From NCBI GenBank assembly GCA_029838195.1, contig JALGVJ010000009.1:1-64000 (forward strand): 64,000 bases of DNA, written 5' to 3'. This DNA is from Promethearchaeota archaeon. Lineage in GTDB: Archaea; Asgardarchaeota; Lokiarchaeia; Sigyniarchaeales; SOKP01. The translations under genes and the position numbers were made by a program. The first letter of the stretch is position 1. Every line of letters starts with the position of its first letter. Shown one piece after another: positions 50,216-60,163 of this stretch. A model generated the notes under the pieces. The model was not told the origin of the DNA, did not search any database, and saw nothing but the letters and a program-made list of their open reading frames with translations.

Positions 50216-52168
50216 GTGATAAACATGAGTAAAGCAAAAGAAATTCCAATTCCAGAAGAGGTCAAGGGGTATTCACAGCTACGATTGGACGTAGATTTAA
50301 CGAACGAAAAAATTACCAAATCGCAGATCTCGAAGGAGTTTCTTCGTGATTGGATTGGTGGATACGGTTTTGGAGCAAAAATTCTCTGGGACGAATTAGA
50401 ACCGGGAGTTGATCCGTTAGGCCCTGAAAACGTATTCGTATATGCACATGGCCCCTTTCCTACGACTCTCTTACCGACCAGCTCAAAATACGGAGTATTT
50501 GCTAAGTCTCCTTTAACCGGTTTTTTTGGCATGGCGATATCTTCAGGAAGCGTGGCAGCTCAAGCGAGGCGCGCTGGAGTTAACTTGATTGTATTTAAGG
50601 GCAAGGCTCCTGAACCCGTCTACATGGTGGTGGATGATGATGACTATTACTTAGTTCCTTGTGAAAAGACGTTGTGGGGCAAGGGTTGCTGGGAAACGGA
50701 AGAAATTCTAAGACACGAATTCCAAGATCAACGATTAGCAGTAATGTCAATCGGTCCAGCAGGAGAAAGAATGAGTAGAATTGCATGCATCACGAATGAT
50801 AGAAACCGACAAGCGGGTCGCACGGGCATGGGCGCTGTCATGGGCTCTAAAAACTTAAAAGCGATATGTTTTAGAGGAACTAAAGGTGTTCAAGTAGCTC
50901 ATCCCGCCGAATTTTACAAATTGGCGAAGAAATTAATTAAAGTGGCGAATGGTCCTGCTACTGCTAAATATCGTGATCAAGGTACTCCTGCGGGTTTGAC
51001 GAGTTATAATAAATTAGGGATGATGCCCATTTTCAATCATCGAGAAGGTACGTGGGAAAAGATCACGGAAGGACCCATTACAGGCGAGATTTTGAATGAA
51101 GAATGGGTGGTGAAAAAAGTAGCCTGTTCTCAATGTAGCATAGCATGTGATCATCTTGCCCGCGTTCCTAAGAGCCATCCTGATTACCCTAATTTAATAG
51201 CAAGCGTGGATATTGAGTTAGTCTATGGCTTTGGTACGGCTTGTGGAAATTGGGATTGGCCGACTATCTTCAAGTGCATTACATTATGCGATAATTTAGG
51301 CATTGATGCGATTTCCGGAGGAGTCACCGCTGCCATGGCGTGTGATTTGTATGAAGAAGGCATTATAACAAAAGAGGATTTAGGATATGAGTTGCCCTTT
51401 GGTTCCACGCACAATCTCGTACGGTTCACGGAGGAGATGATCATGGGCAAGGGTTTTGCGGGTAAGATTTTTGGTGATGGAACGAAAATGGCGGGTGTTC
51501 GATTAGAAGAAATGGGCCGTAAAAATGCAAGTTATCATGCCATGCAAATCAAGGGCTTAGAAATGCCCGCATTTGACATCCATGGCATGACATCTTTTGC
51601 AGTGGGAGAAAGTGTTGCAGTTAGAGGAGCGTGCCATTTGAGAAATGGTGCTTATGGACTGGATGCAAAAGGAACCTTTGATCGATTTTCCTATGATAAA
51701 CCGCTTGAGAGAGGAAAAGCAATCATGGATATTGAAAATATCTATGCTATTATTGATTCCTATATCATTTGTAAATTTACTCGTGGAATCTATGAAAACG
51801 ATGCGGAGATGGCAAAAGTATATGAATTGGTCACTGGCATTCCTGTCACGGACGAATTTATTATAAAAAGAGGAGCAGCAATTGTCAACCTTTCGAAATG
51901 CTTTAACATTCGAGAAGGATGGACGAGAGCCGATGATCATCCACCTCAACGATTCTTCAAGGAAGCTCACACGAAAGGACCGGCTAAAGGATTTACCCTG
52001 GATGAAAAAGGTTTTCAGACCCTTTTGAGCGGGTATTATGAAGCTCGCGGATGGGATCCGGAGACGGGCATTCCAAAGGAAGAAACTCTAAGAGATCTAG
52101 GATTAGATTTTGTAATTGGAAAATTAGAACCAAAAGCAGCAAAACCTAAAAAAGGAGGAAAGAAATAA
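50216..52168 (+). CDS. aor: Tungsten-dependent aldehyde:ferredoxin oxidoreductase family protein
   Basis: KSPLTG, IGPAGE, GRTGMGAVMGSKNLKA, CSQCSIAC, CDNLGIDAIS, RGACH, ICKF, YYEARGWD. Likely start at ATG 50225. Confidence 0.93.
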   Translation: MINMSKAKEIPIPEEVKGYSQLRLDVDLTNEKITKSQISKEFLRDWIGGYGFGAKILWDELEPGVDPLGPENVFVYAHGPFPTTLLPTSSKYGVFAKSPLTGFFGMAISSGSVAAQARRAGVNLIVFKGKAPEPVYMVVDDDDYYLVPCEKTLWGKGCWETEEILRHEFQDQRLAVMSIGPAGERMSRIACITNDRNRQAGRTGMGAVMGSKNLKAICFRGTKGVQVAHPAEFYKLAKKLIKVANGPATAKYRDQGTPAGLTSYNKLGMMPIFNHREGTWEKITEGPITGEILNEEWVVKKVACSQCSIACDHLARVPKSHPDYPNLIASVDIELVYGFGTACGNWDWPTIFKCITLCDNLGIDAISGGVTAAMACDLYEEGIITKEDLGYELPFGSTHNLVRFTEEMIMGKGFAGKIFGDGTKMAGVRLEEMGRKNASYHAMQIKGLEMPAFDIHGMTSFAVGESVAVRGACHLRNGAYGLDAKGTFDRFSYDKPLERGKAIMDIENIYAIIDSYIICKFTRGIYENDAEMAKVYELVTGIPVTDEFIIKRGAAIVNLSKCFNIREGWTRADDHPPQRFFKEAHTKGPAKGFTLDEKGFQTLLSGYYEARGWDPETGIPKEETLRDLGLDFVIGKLEPKAAKPKKGGKK

Positions 52169-52738
52169 ATGTCAGCTTCAACAAAAAAGTCCGTGGTAAA
52201 ACGCAGGGGAGGAAAAATGCATCAATTCATTTGCGTGGATGCCAATCTCTGCACGGGTTGCGAAACTTGCGAATCGGTATGCTCTTTTGTACACGATGGG
52301 GAATTTAATCCCATAAATACACGCATTCATAGAGTTCGCATTGAACCCGTTTTGAACATAGCACTTGCTTGTCAAAAATGTGAAGATGCTCCCTGCGTTC
52401 GTTCTTGTCCTGAAAAGGCACTGGAGAAAGATGAAGAAACGGGATCCATTATAGTAATAGAAGACAAGTGCAATGGTTGTGCCTTTTGCGTGAGAGCTTG
52501 CGATTTTGGCGTGATTTCTTTACACATAGATTCCCAAAAAGCGTTGGTATGCGATCTCTGTGAAAACATGAAAGAAGAATTCATCGACCCCGAAAAAGGG
52601 GTGCCGGAGCCTCAATGCATTGAAGTATGTCCAAAAGAAGCCATTTCATTAAAGAACGTGGAGCAAATTGGAGAAGAAACCCGTTTCGATGCTGTAAAAA
52701 GACTGTTTGCTGACATTATTGCGGATTATGAAAGCTAA
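52169..52738 (+). CDS. 4x[4Fe-4S] electron-transfer subunit (DmsB/AorA-like)
   Basis: CTGCETCESVC, CQKCEDAPCVRSCP, CNGCAFCVRAC, CDLC...CIEVCP; abuts aor. Confidence 0.92.
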   Translation: MSASTKKSVVKRRGGKMHQFICVDANLCTGCETCESVCSFVHDGEFNPINTRIHRVRIEPVLNIALACQKCEDAPCVRSCPEKALEKDEETGSIIVIEDKCNGCAFCVRACDFGVISLHIDSQKALVCDLCENMKEEFIDPEKGVPEPQCIEVCPKEAISLKNVEQIGEETRFDAVKRLFADIIADYES

Positions 52739-53228
52739 CTTCAGACCCCATCCTTATTTTATTCTTTTTTTTCCTTAATTTCGGATTCTGAAATGGGAAA
52801 ATGAGGTTTTTTAAGAAGCTTTTTTGAATTGAAAAATTTGATGTCATGCTAGCATTTTTAATAAATAAACAAACGAGAAAAAATTCATGAAATTTCCTCA
52901 ACAATATCATTTAATTTTTCTAATGACCCTTTCTTTTTTCAATCATTAAAGAGAGCTCAAATCCGAACAATAGAATATCAACACGAGACTAAGTTAAAGC
53001 TCTCTTTCTTAAAAGGGATTGACCACCAATTGAACGCTCCAACCATTACAAAACCCATTTTGGATGAAAACTTTATCCCTTTTATCCCCATTTTTTACTT
53101 CATTCTACTTCAACAACTATCAGTTTTAGAACACCAACCTCCGCTTCATTGTCAAAAACAGCAAAAAAAATTTTAAAAGAAAAAAATGAATAGATTGTAA
53201 ATCCCTCATCCAACCGAAATGAATTATT

Positions 53229-53290
53229 TATTCCATGATAAAAGGTCTATTACATCATCTATTCCATGATAAAAGGTCTATTACATCATC
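53229..53290. repeat. Perfect 31-bp tandem duplication
   Basis: TATTCCATGATAAAAGGTCTATTACATCATC x2. Confidence 0.92.
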
Positions 53291-53336
53291 GTTCTAAAAA
53301 TTCTTCAAAAATTATCATTGAAATTTTTAATATAGC

Positions 53337-53864
53337 TCAACTCCGGTTTTTCTTAAACACCTTTCTCAGCCAACTTAAAAAACCCGTTCTGTTGGTTTGA
53401 AACGTGTTTAGAAATTTTAACGTTTTCGTATTATTCGGACACCCTTCACATTCCTCGTGCCCCCCGCAGTTCTTCCGTGCCAAATTCATATCGAGCAAGA
53501 CTTGCTTGAAATCATCAAATTGCGAAACCTCCCCATCAAACGCCTCCAAGGTTGAATCATATTTGCTCGTAAAAATCCCCGCAATCCTTCGAATTTTAAA
53601 ATTAATATCACTCGGATCTTCCCCGCCATCCGAAATGAACACGTGAAGCAAATCAGGCCTCCTCTCATCCCTGTAAAAATAAAAATTATACTCCTCAAGA
53701 TTAATCGATTTAATCGTAGACCCGGTTAACTCCTTCGAAAAATTTTGTAAAGCACATAAAAACCCTGTCAATAACTCCTCATTCGACCCTAATGAATGAC
53801 ACTCACCAAAATGTAATTTTATCAAGGGAACCCCATCCTTGATGATGAATATATTCCGAATCAT
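53337..53864 (-). CDS. Longin-domain protein with C-terminal Cys/His motif
   Basis: MIRNIFIIKDGVPL...ELLTGFLCALQNFSKEL...FDGEVSQFDDF; CGGHEECEGC; amphipathic FLSWLRKVFKK tail. Confidence 0.75.
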   Translation of the reverse strand: MIRNIFIIKDGVPLIKLHFGECHSLGSNEELLTGFLCALQNFSKELTGSTIKSINLEEYNFYFYRDERRPDLLHVFISDGGEDPSDINFKIRRIAGIFTSKYDSTLEAFDGEVSQFDDFKQVLLDMNLARKNCGGHEECEGCPNNTKTLKFLNTFQTNRTGFLSWLRKVFKKNRS

Positions 53865-54471
53865 GACTTAAGCATTTTAAAATTCATTCTATAAGAAAAT
53901 TCATATCCCTTAATTTTTAAATCTTATTTTCATGAAATATAATCCACTCTCATCCGTTCCTCCCATCCCTTGCGCACACCACCTCTCTCACCAAAAAACC
54001 AAGTAAAGATTCCCTCTCTGTAATACACTCATCCAAATTTTATTCTATACACGTCTTCCCTATCGATGATTTCTATTTATTAAAATTCTTTCTAACCCTA
54101 ATAAACCATATCTTTTACCAGCCCCCATTATCCTTGTAAATACGACACTCGCTTCCCTCCACGTGATTTCTAAATTAACCCCCCCAATTTATCACCCGCC
54201 TAATTTCAAATCTTAGGTCTATCCTTTCTTCCCTCATCTCCCCCCTCCAGCCAACACCCTCTCAGCATGACATTATCTTCCTCTTCAAACCATTGGTGTT
54301 TCCCAATTTGACAAAAAAATTAAGAAAAATTAAATATCCTAAAATAAAATCCTATAAGAATTAATATTAAATTAAATTGTTAATTGTTTAAATTATATAA
54401 TACGTTTTAATAACACATGAATTAAAGATCCTATATATTAGGAGGTATCAAGATAAAAAAGGTGAGAAAAT

Positions 54472-56433
54472 TTGTCTGATAATCAGACCACGGGTAAACC
54501 TACGGTGGGAGTTTTCGTATGCCGCTGAGGGATTAACATCGCTGGGATCTTAGATGTTCCACGCATGGTTATAGAATTAAACAAGTTAGAAGGCGTGAAA
54601 GCGTTCGAATATATTAGCATGTGTACGGAGGGAGGCGCTACCTATATTAAGGAGCAGATAGCTGAGAGCAAGCTCGAGCGCATCGTCGTGGCGGCTTGCA
54701 CGCCCCGCACCCATCAACCAGTCTTTCATGCTATTTTAAAGGAAGCTGGTTTGCCACCTCGATATTTGGAGTTCGTTAACATACGAGAGCATTGTAGTTT
54801 TGTCCATCAAGCACTTGAAATTCGAGAGAAGGCATTTAATAAAGCCTTGGAATTAATTAAAGCGGGGATTGCTCGAGCCCGATTTTTAGAGGATGTTCCC
54901 ACGAAGACGGTCAAGGTGAATCAAGCAGCTTTAGTGGTTGGGGGAGGCATTGCGGGCTTATCGGCTGCCATTGACTTGGGGGATGCAGGATTTAAGGTGT
55001 ATTTGGTGGAGAAGAATACGACGATCGGTGGGAGAATGTCTCAGCTCGACCGCACCTTTCCGACCGATGATTGTAGCATATGAATATTAGGCCCGAAGAT
55101 GCTCGAGGCGAATCGCCATCCCAACATAGAAATCTTAAGCTATTCAGAAGTCATTGAAGTAAATGGATATATTGGAAATTTTAATGTTAAGATAAAGCGT
55201 AAATCTCGCTACGTGGATGAGACAAAATGCACAGGTTGTGGAAGCTGTACGGATGCATGTCCCATTTACGTGCCCAATTACTTTGATGAGTATCTTTCGG
55301 CCCGTAAAGTGATTGATATTGCTTTTGCTCAAGCAGTACCAGCGGTTAGAAACATTGAGCGTCATTCGTGCGTGGAATGCTTCGCATGTGTGGATGCTTG
55401 TGAGCAATCTGCAATAGATTTTAGCATTCAAGACAAGATCATGGAGGTAGAAGTTGGAACCATCATTATAGCAACAGGTTGGGACTTATACGAAGGAGAA
55501 GATTATGGATATGGCATTTATGATAACGTCATTAATCAAATTCAATTGGAGCGAATCTTGGCACCTAATGGACCCACATTGGGCCATTTAAAGCGTCCTT
55601 CTGATGGAAAAAGGCCGAAGCGTATCTTGTTTATCAATTGCGTGGGCTCACGAGATATCAATAAAAACCCTTGGTGCAGCGTGGTGTGTTGTAATTTATC
55701 CTTGAAGAATTCCAAGCTCATCAAGTCAGAGCATCCCGATTCGGAAATCGTGTGTGTTTACATAGACATGCGTTGTGCCGGAAAAGATTATGAGGAGTAT
55801 TACCGGCGATCTCGCGATGCGGGTATTATTTTCGTAAAGGGTATCGTGGGTAAAATTGAGGAAGATCCAGAAACAAAGAACTTGCGCGTTTGGTTTGAGC
55901 CGGTTGGAGCAGATACGGTGATAAGCAAGGAATTTGACATGGTGGTACTATCCTCATCATCGTTGCCCTCGAAGGGAACGAGGGAAATAGCAGAAGTACT
56001 TAACATGGAGCGGAGTCCTGACGGATTTTTAAAAGAATATCATGCACGATTAGACCCGATAAGTACTAAAGTATATGGCATTTATATTTGCGGCTCATCT
56101 CAAGGACAGAAGGAAATCGATAAAGCAGTGAGTCAAGCAAAGGGAGCCGCCTCTAGTGCGGCAATTCCCATGAAAAAGGGAGAGTTTACCATTGAATTAA
56201 TTCGAGCTACACCGTCAGATGAGCGATGTGCAAAATGCTATAAATGCATAGAGATCTGTCCATTTAGTGCAATCTCTGTGAATGAAACTGGAAATCTAGT
56301 AGTTGATTTAATTGCGTGCCGAGGATGCGGAACTTGCGCAGCTATTTGTCCTTCGAAAGCGATTGATTTAATTTATTATCGAGATCTACAATACATGAAT
56401 TTGATAGATGAATTACTTCCCATGGAAGATTAA
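54472..56433 (+). CDS. hdrA: Heterodisulfide reductase subunit A, selenoprotein with 2 Sec (653 aa)
   Basis: TTG 54472 with GGTGA SD. In-frame TGA at 54526 (VGVFVCR-U-GINIA) and 55081 (FPTDDCSI-U-ILGPKM), both at conserved HdrA Cys positions, join track ORFs 54565..55083 and 55099..56433. GGGIAG FAD motif, NIREHC, CVGSRD, ferredoxin motifs. Confidence 0.93.
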
Positions 56434-56446
56434 AGAGGTTAAAAAA

Positions 56447-56893
56447 ATGTCGGAAATGGATGATATTAAGATTTTGGCTTTCCTCTGTTGGAAATGAGGA
56501 TATGGGTCGGCAGACATGGCAGGAACCATTCGTGCGCAATATCCCACGTCGATTCGGCCTGTTTTAGTTCCATGTACGGGTAGGGTAGGAGCAGACGATG
56601 TCATGCGGGCGTTTGGAAGAGGAGCAGATGGCGTGATGATTGTAGGATGATATCCTCATGAATGTGACTATGAAATCGGGAATTTTTTCGCTTATCGTCA
56701 GGTGGAATATTTAAAAGAAGTAATGAGGGCTGTTGGACTTAGTGAAGAGAGGCTCATGATGGGCTTCTGTTCGGCAGCAGAAGGAGAGAAGTTTCAGAGA
56801 ACGGCCACGGAATTTGACAAGCGAATTAGAGAATTAGGGCCGAGTCCGTTGAGAACAAAAAGCGGCACCTCCAAAAAAAAAGCAAAAGTATAA
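56447..56893 (+). CDS. mvhD: MvhD/VhuD [2Fe-2S] subunit, selenoprotein with 2 Sec (148 aa)
   Basis: ATG 56447 MSEMDDIKILAFLCWK-U(56495)-GYGSADMAG...VPCTGRV...GADGVMIVG-U(56648)-YPHECDY...CSAAEG...LGPSP. Confidence 0.93.
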
Positions 56894-56897
56894 AAAA

Positions 56898-56967
56898 CGT
56901 GTTAGCTGATGATGCTGGGTTGGAAATATTAGAACCTAGTGGAGGAAATGGTTGCACCATTAACACG
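56898..56967 (+). promoter_or_regulatory. Eukaryote-like SECIS element
   Basis: Helix I CGTGTTA(56898-904)/TAACACG(56961-967); core ATGAT(56909-913)/GGAG(56941-944); helix II GCTGGGTT/AACCTAGT; apical AAA 11 nt from the core; lies immediately after the mvhD stop. Confidence 0.88.
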
Positions 56968-57078
56968 CCTTTAATCATTAAAAAAATATAAAGATTTAAG
57001 ACACGTATTAGAAAAAATAAAGAGAGAACAACTTGAAGTTTTAAAACAAATTAAATAGAAATTTTAAAAAAAAATAAC

Positions 57079-58263
57079 TTGTTCCATTTAATAATTAAAA
57101 ATAACTATTCAAGTGGGAAATACATGGATGCAATTGCTGAATATCTGATCAAGATAAAGGATTTTCAAGAATTATTATCTACTCTTTTAGAGCAGAAAGT
57201 AGTAGATAAGGTACTTGGCGCAAAATTGAAGGTTGATAAAAAATCGGGGGGAATTAACCGTTTTACGGTCGTACCAGAAGCGGTTTCTGATCCCAATGGA
57301 GTGTCAGGTTTTCCCTTGACGGCGCTTTTAGCCTATGGATATGCCCGAACGGATTCTGCGGCAAAGTACGTGCACAAATCACTTCAAGGAGCGAAGGAAG
57401 AAAAAATAGGTATTATTGCGAGACCCTGTGATACGCGGGCGCTCATTGAATTGGCTAAATTAAAACAAGTAAATTTGGAAAACATTTTCATCATTGCATT
57501 TGAAGACAGGGGCACGGTTCCGAAGGCTTCCAGAGAGATCAAGAAAATAAAGGATGTGGATCCTTCGAAAATCGTAAAAGAGAAAGTAGAAGATGGTGGC
57601 CTCCTCGTTCAGTTAGAGGATGGTACTACTAAACTGTTGAATCTCACGATTGCGGAGAATTGCTTGCGATGTTATCGGAAAAAACCGGTCATGGCAGATT
57701 TATCCATTAGCGATTTGGGAATTCCTATAGAATCCGATGAAATTATCTTAAAAGTATATTCTGAAAAAGGAAATGATGTGTTAGAAAAATCGGGAATACA
57801 GAAAAATCCAATTTCGGATCAAGTGAAAAATGCTCACGAAACTAAATATAAAGAAATCATTGAAAAAGCACGGGAAAAGCGAGCAAAAGATTTGGAGGAA
57901 TGGGCAAATCTTCCTCAAGAAAAAAAGATCGAACTCTTGAAAAAATGTACTGCTTGCGGAACATGTATTCGTGGATGTCCTGTTTGTTATTGCGTGGATT
58001 GCATATTAATGAAGAAAAGAAAAGAAAAGTCAATCGATACTGTGAGTTATCAATTAACCCGCATAGCACATGATGCAGATCGATGCGTGGAATGTGGAAA
58101 TTGTGATAATAATTGTCCAATGAACATTCCTCTTTCCTTATACTTTCAATCGTTAAATGATGCCTTCAAGGAAAAGTTTGACTATGAACCCGGCATGTCT
58201 ATAGAAGATATTCCTTTTCGATCCGGGATGGCAATAAAGAAAATGGAATTAGAAAAAGCATGA
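57079..58263 (+). CDS. FdhB/FrhB-family (F420-interacting) subunit with C-terminal 2x[4Fe-4S]
   Basis: ARPCDTRALIELAK, NCLRC, ADLSI, CTACGTCIRGCPVCYCVDC, CVECGNCDNNCP. Likely start at ATG 57124. Confidence 0.82.
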   Translation: MFHLIIKNNYSSGKYMDAIAEYLIKIKDFQELLSTLLEQKVVDKVLGAKLKVDKKSGGINRFTVVPEAVSDPNGVSGFPLTALLAYGYARTDSAAKYVHKSLQGAKEEKIGIIARPCDTRALIELAKLKQVNLENIFIIAFEDRGTVPKASREIKKIKDVDPSKIVKEKVEDGGLLVQLEDGTTKLLNLTIAENCLRCYRKKPVMADLSISDLGIPIESDEIILKVYSEKGNDVLEKSGIQKNPISDQVKNAHETKYKEIIEKAREKRAKDLEEWANLPQEKKIELLKKCTACGTCIRGCPVCYCVDCILMKKRKEKSIDTVSYQLTRIAHDADRCVECGNCDNNCPMNIPLSLYFQSLNDAFKEKFDYEPGMSIEDIPFRSGMAIKKMELEKA

Positions 58264-58354
58264 CGTTTTTTTTTAATTTTTTTTCATTCATGCGAAAAAT
58301 TAAAATAGAAAGATTAAAATAAAATTAAATAAAACACAAGGCTAAATAAAAAAA

Positions 58355-59128
58355 ATGAGTCTTCCCTCAAAAAAAGCAATTCAAGTGGATGAAAATATCA
58401 CGGATTATCAATATAAGATGCTAAACTTAGAAATGGTGCTCCGATACGACGATACCAAATGCCTAGAATGTGGATTTTGCCACAGAGTCTGTCCCGTGAC
58501 CACGCAAATAGTAGACGGAAAAGAAGTACCTTTGAAAAGAACTGCGATCGGCACGCCCGAGCAAATGAATATCAAATCTGATAAGAAGACCGTCGTGGAT
58601 TTAGACAAATGCATTTGGTGTGGCTCTTGCACGTGGATCTGCCCAGGGTATACGCTAGAATTATTCATTGATGGACAAAAAAAGTTATTATTGGTGGAGA
58701 ATGGATCTCTTCCCGAATTTGAGGAAGAAATACGAGAATTAGAAGATGGCAGGAAAGTTAGGAAAGTGGTGGAAGGGAGTATTAAGATCACGTGCAATGA
58801 AACAGATGAAAAGATAATTGAAAATTTTGTCGACGAGTGTGCCGTGGGTGCCATGAGTAGAAAAGAAAAAGACATTGAAGTAGATATAAACAAGTGTATT
58901 TTATGTTTTAAATGCACAGAAGCTTCAAAGAATTATGAAAACATCAGCGTGGAAGTCCATAGGGATCGCTTTAAACAGGTAAAGGGCGAACCGGGATCCG
59001 TATGGAATGGTATCATGTTGCGGGTATTAGGAAAAGAAGGTAAGATTAAGGGCATTATTAGTCGCACTCAAAATAAACTTGCGGATGCTGTAATGCGGCT
59101 ATTAGGAAGAGAATTTATTGAAGAGTAA
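58355..59128 (+). CDS. Polyferredoxin / 4Fe-4S protein
   Basis: CLECGFCHRVCP, CIWCGSCTWICP, CILCFKC. Confidence 0.85.
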   Translation: MSLPSKKAIQVDENITDYQYKMLNLEMVLRYDDTKCLECGFCHRVCPVTTQIVDGKEVPLKRTAIGTPEQMNIKSDKKTVVDLDKCIWCGSCTWICPGYTLELFIDGQKKLLLVENGSLPEFEEEIRELEDGRKVRKVVEGSIKITCNETDEKIIENFVDECAVGAMSRKEKDIEVDINKCILCFKCTEASKNYENISVEVHRDRFKQVKGEPGSVWNGIMLRVLGKEGKIKGIISRTQNKLADAVMRLLGREFIEE

Positions 59129-59181
59129 AAAATTTCTACATTTTTTCATTCTTATTTTTTTATTTGAAATTTTAGAATGTC

Positions 59182-59772
59182 TTAACTTTTTACCCTGTTT
59201 CTATACAAGGTAGGGTCAATAGCTTTTAACATTTTGTCCACGTCTAGAGGGAGATTTAAAAATTCCATGATTCGTTTAATTTGAGGGATGGGGTCCTGAA
59301 TCATATCGGAGTAATTTACTTTGAGAACCTCGATATTTTCATTTTCGTCCATCCATAGCTCAACGTTATTTAGTTCTTTATTGAAAATTTCGATCATCTC
59401 AGGAGGATAGCCATTTTCTTCTTCACCGAGCATTTTTTGTTGCGATCGCATTATTTCTTCCATGTTTCTGTTCATGAAGATGATTTTATAGTTAAATTCC
59501 ATGGGGAGATGTTTTAATAAGTGAGATATGACTTTTACGACCTTTCCTCGTGCTTCTCTAATGATGGAATTATCCTTATCCAATCTTTTTATGGCGTCTA
59601 ATTCATAATATCCTTTGGGATTGCTGTGATCTGCTTGGCGTTTATGATCCGATAAGATTTCCAATCCACCAGCTTCTAGCACCTGCATCATCATACTTGT
59701 ACCCGATCTGGGAAGACCTGAAACGATGATAATGGTATTCTCTAATATCTTATGCATGTTTTGGTCATTCAT
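59182..59772 (-). CDS. Sulfotransferase family protein
   Basis: VSGLPRSGTSMMMQ PAPS loop, NPKGYYE. Confidence 0.85.
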   Translation of the reverse strand: MNDQNMHKILENTIIIVSGLPRSGTSMMMQVLEAGGLEILSDHKRQADHSNPKGYYELDAIKRLDKDNSIIREARGKVVKVISHLLKHLPMEFNYKIIFMNRNMEEIMRSQQKMLGEEENGYPPEMIEIFNKELNNVELWMDENENIEVLKVNYSDMIQDPIPQIKRIMEFLNLPLDVDKMLKAIDPTLYRNRVKS

Positions 59773-60163
59773 GATATAGTTCTAACATATTTGGTTAACT
59801 TAGATGAAATGGCAATCCATTTCAAGAATTTATTATAATAGTGGAAAATCATTCTAATATTTTTAACTTTTTTACTTCCATCATTTCAGAGTTTTCATGA
59901 ATTTCCCGCTAATTTTAAGAGGGTATCACTCCCACCAATTATTTTGTTATTTTAGCAATTTTAAGAATTGAAAAAAGAAAGAGATAATTCACTGGCGCCC
60001 TAATCACGTTAAAAGTGAAATTTTTTATGAAATTTATTGAAATTTTTTAAGATCTTTTTTAAAATCATACTTAGGAGAGTTGAGAAATTTTTCAAATTCA
60101 AGAATGGTAAATGGCATTTAAATAGCATAAAATGATAGAGTGTTTAATAAAAAGTTTGCTAAG

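Noticed and set aside
53229-53290. CRISPR mini-array
   Set aside because: Two abutting copies, no spacer, no cas genes.
54170-54305. Canonical ORB boxes or a G-quadruplex in the C-runs
   Set aside because: G-strings exist on the minus strand, but I could not match a repeated TCCA..GAAAC ORB core or a compact four-tract pattern; kept only as skew evidence.
54565-56893. hdrA and mvhD as nonsense-mutated pseudogenes (split ORFs in the track)
   Set aside because: All four interruptions are in-frame TGA at conserved Cys sites and a SECIS follows, so this is selenocysteine recoding.
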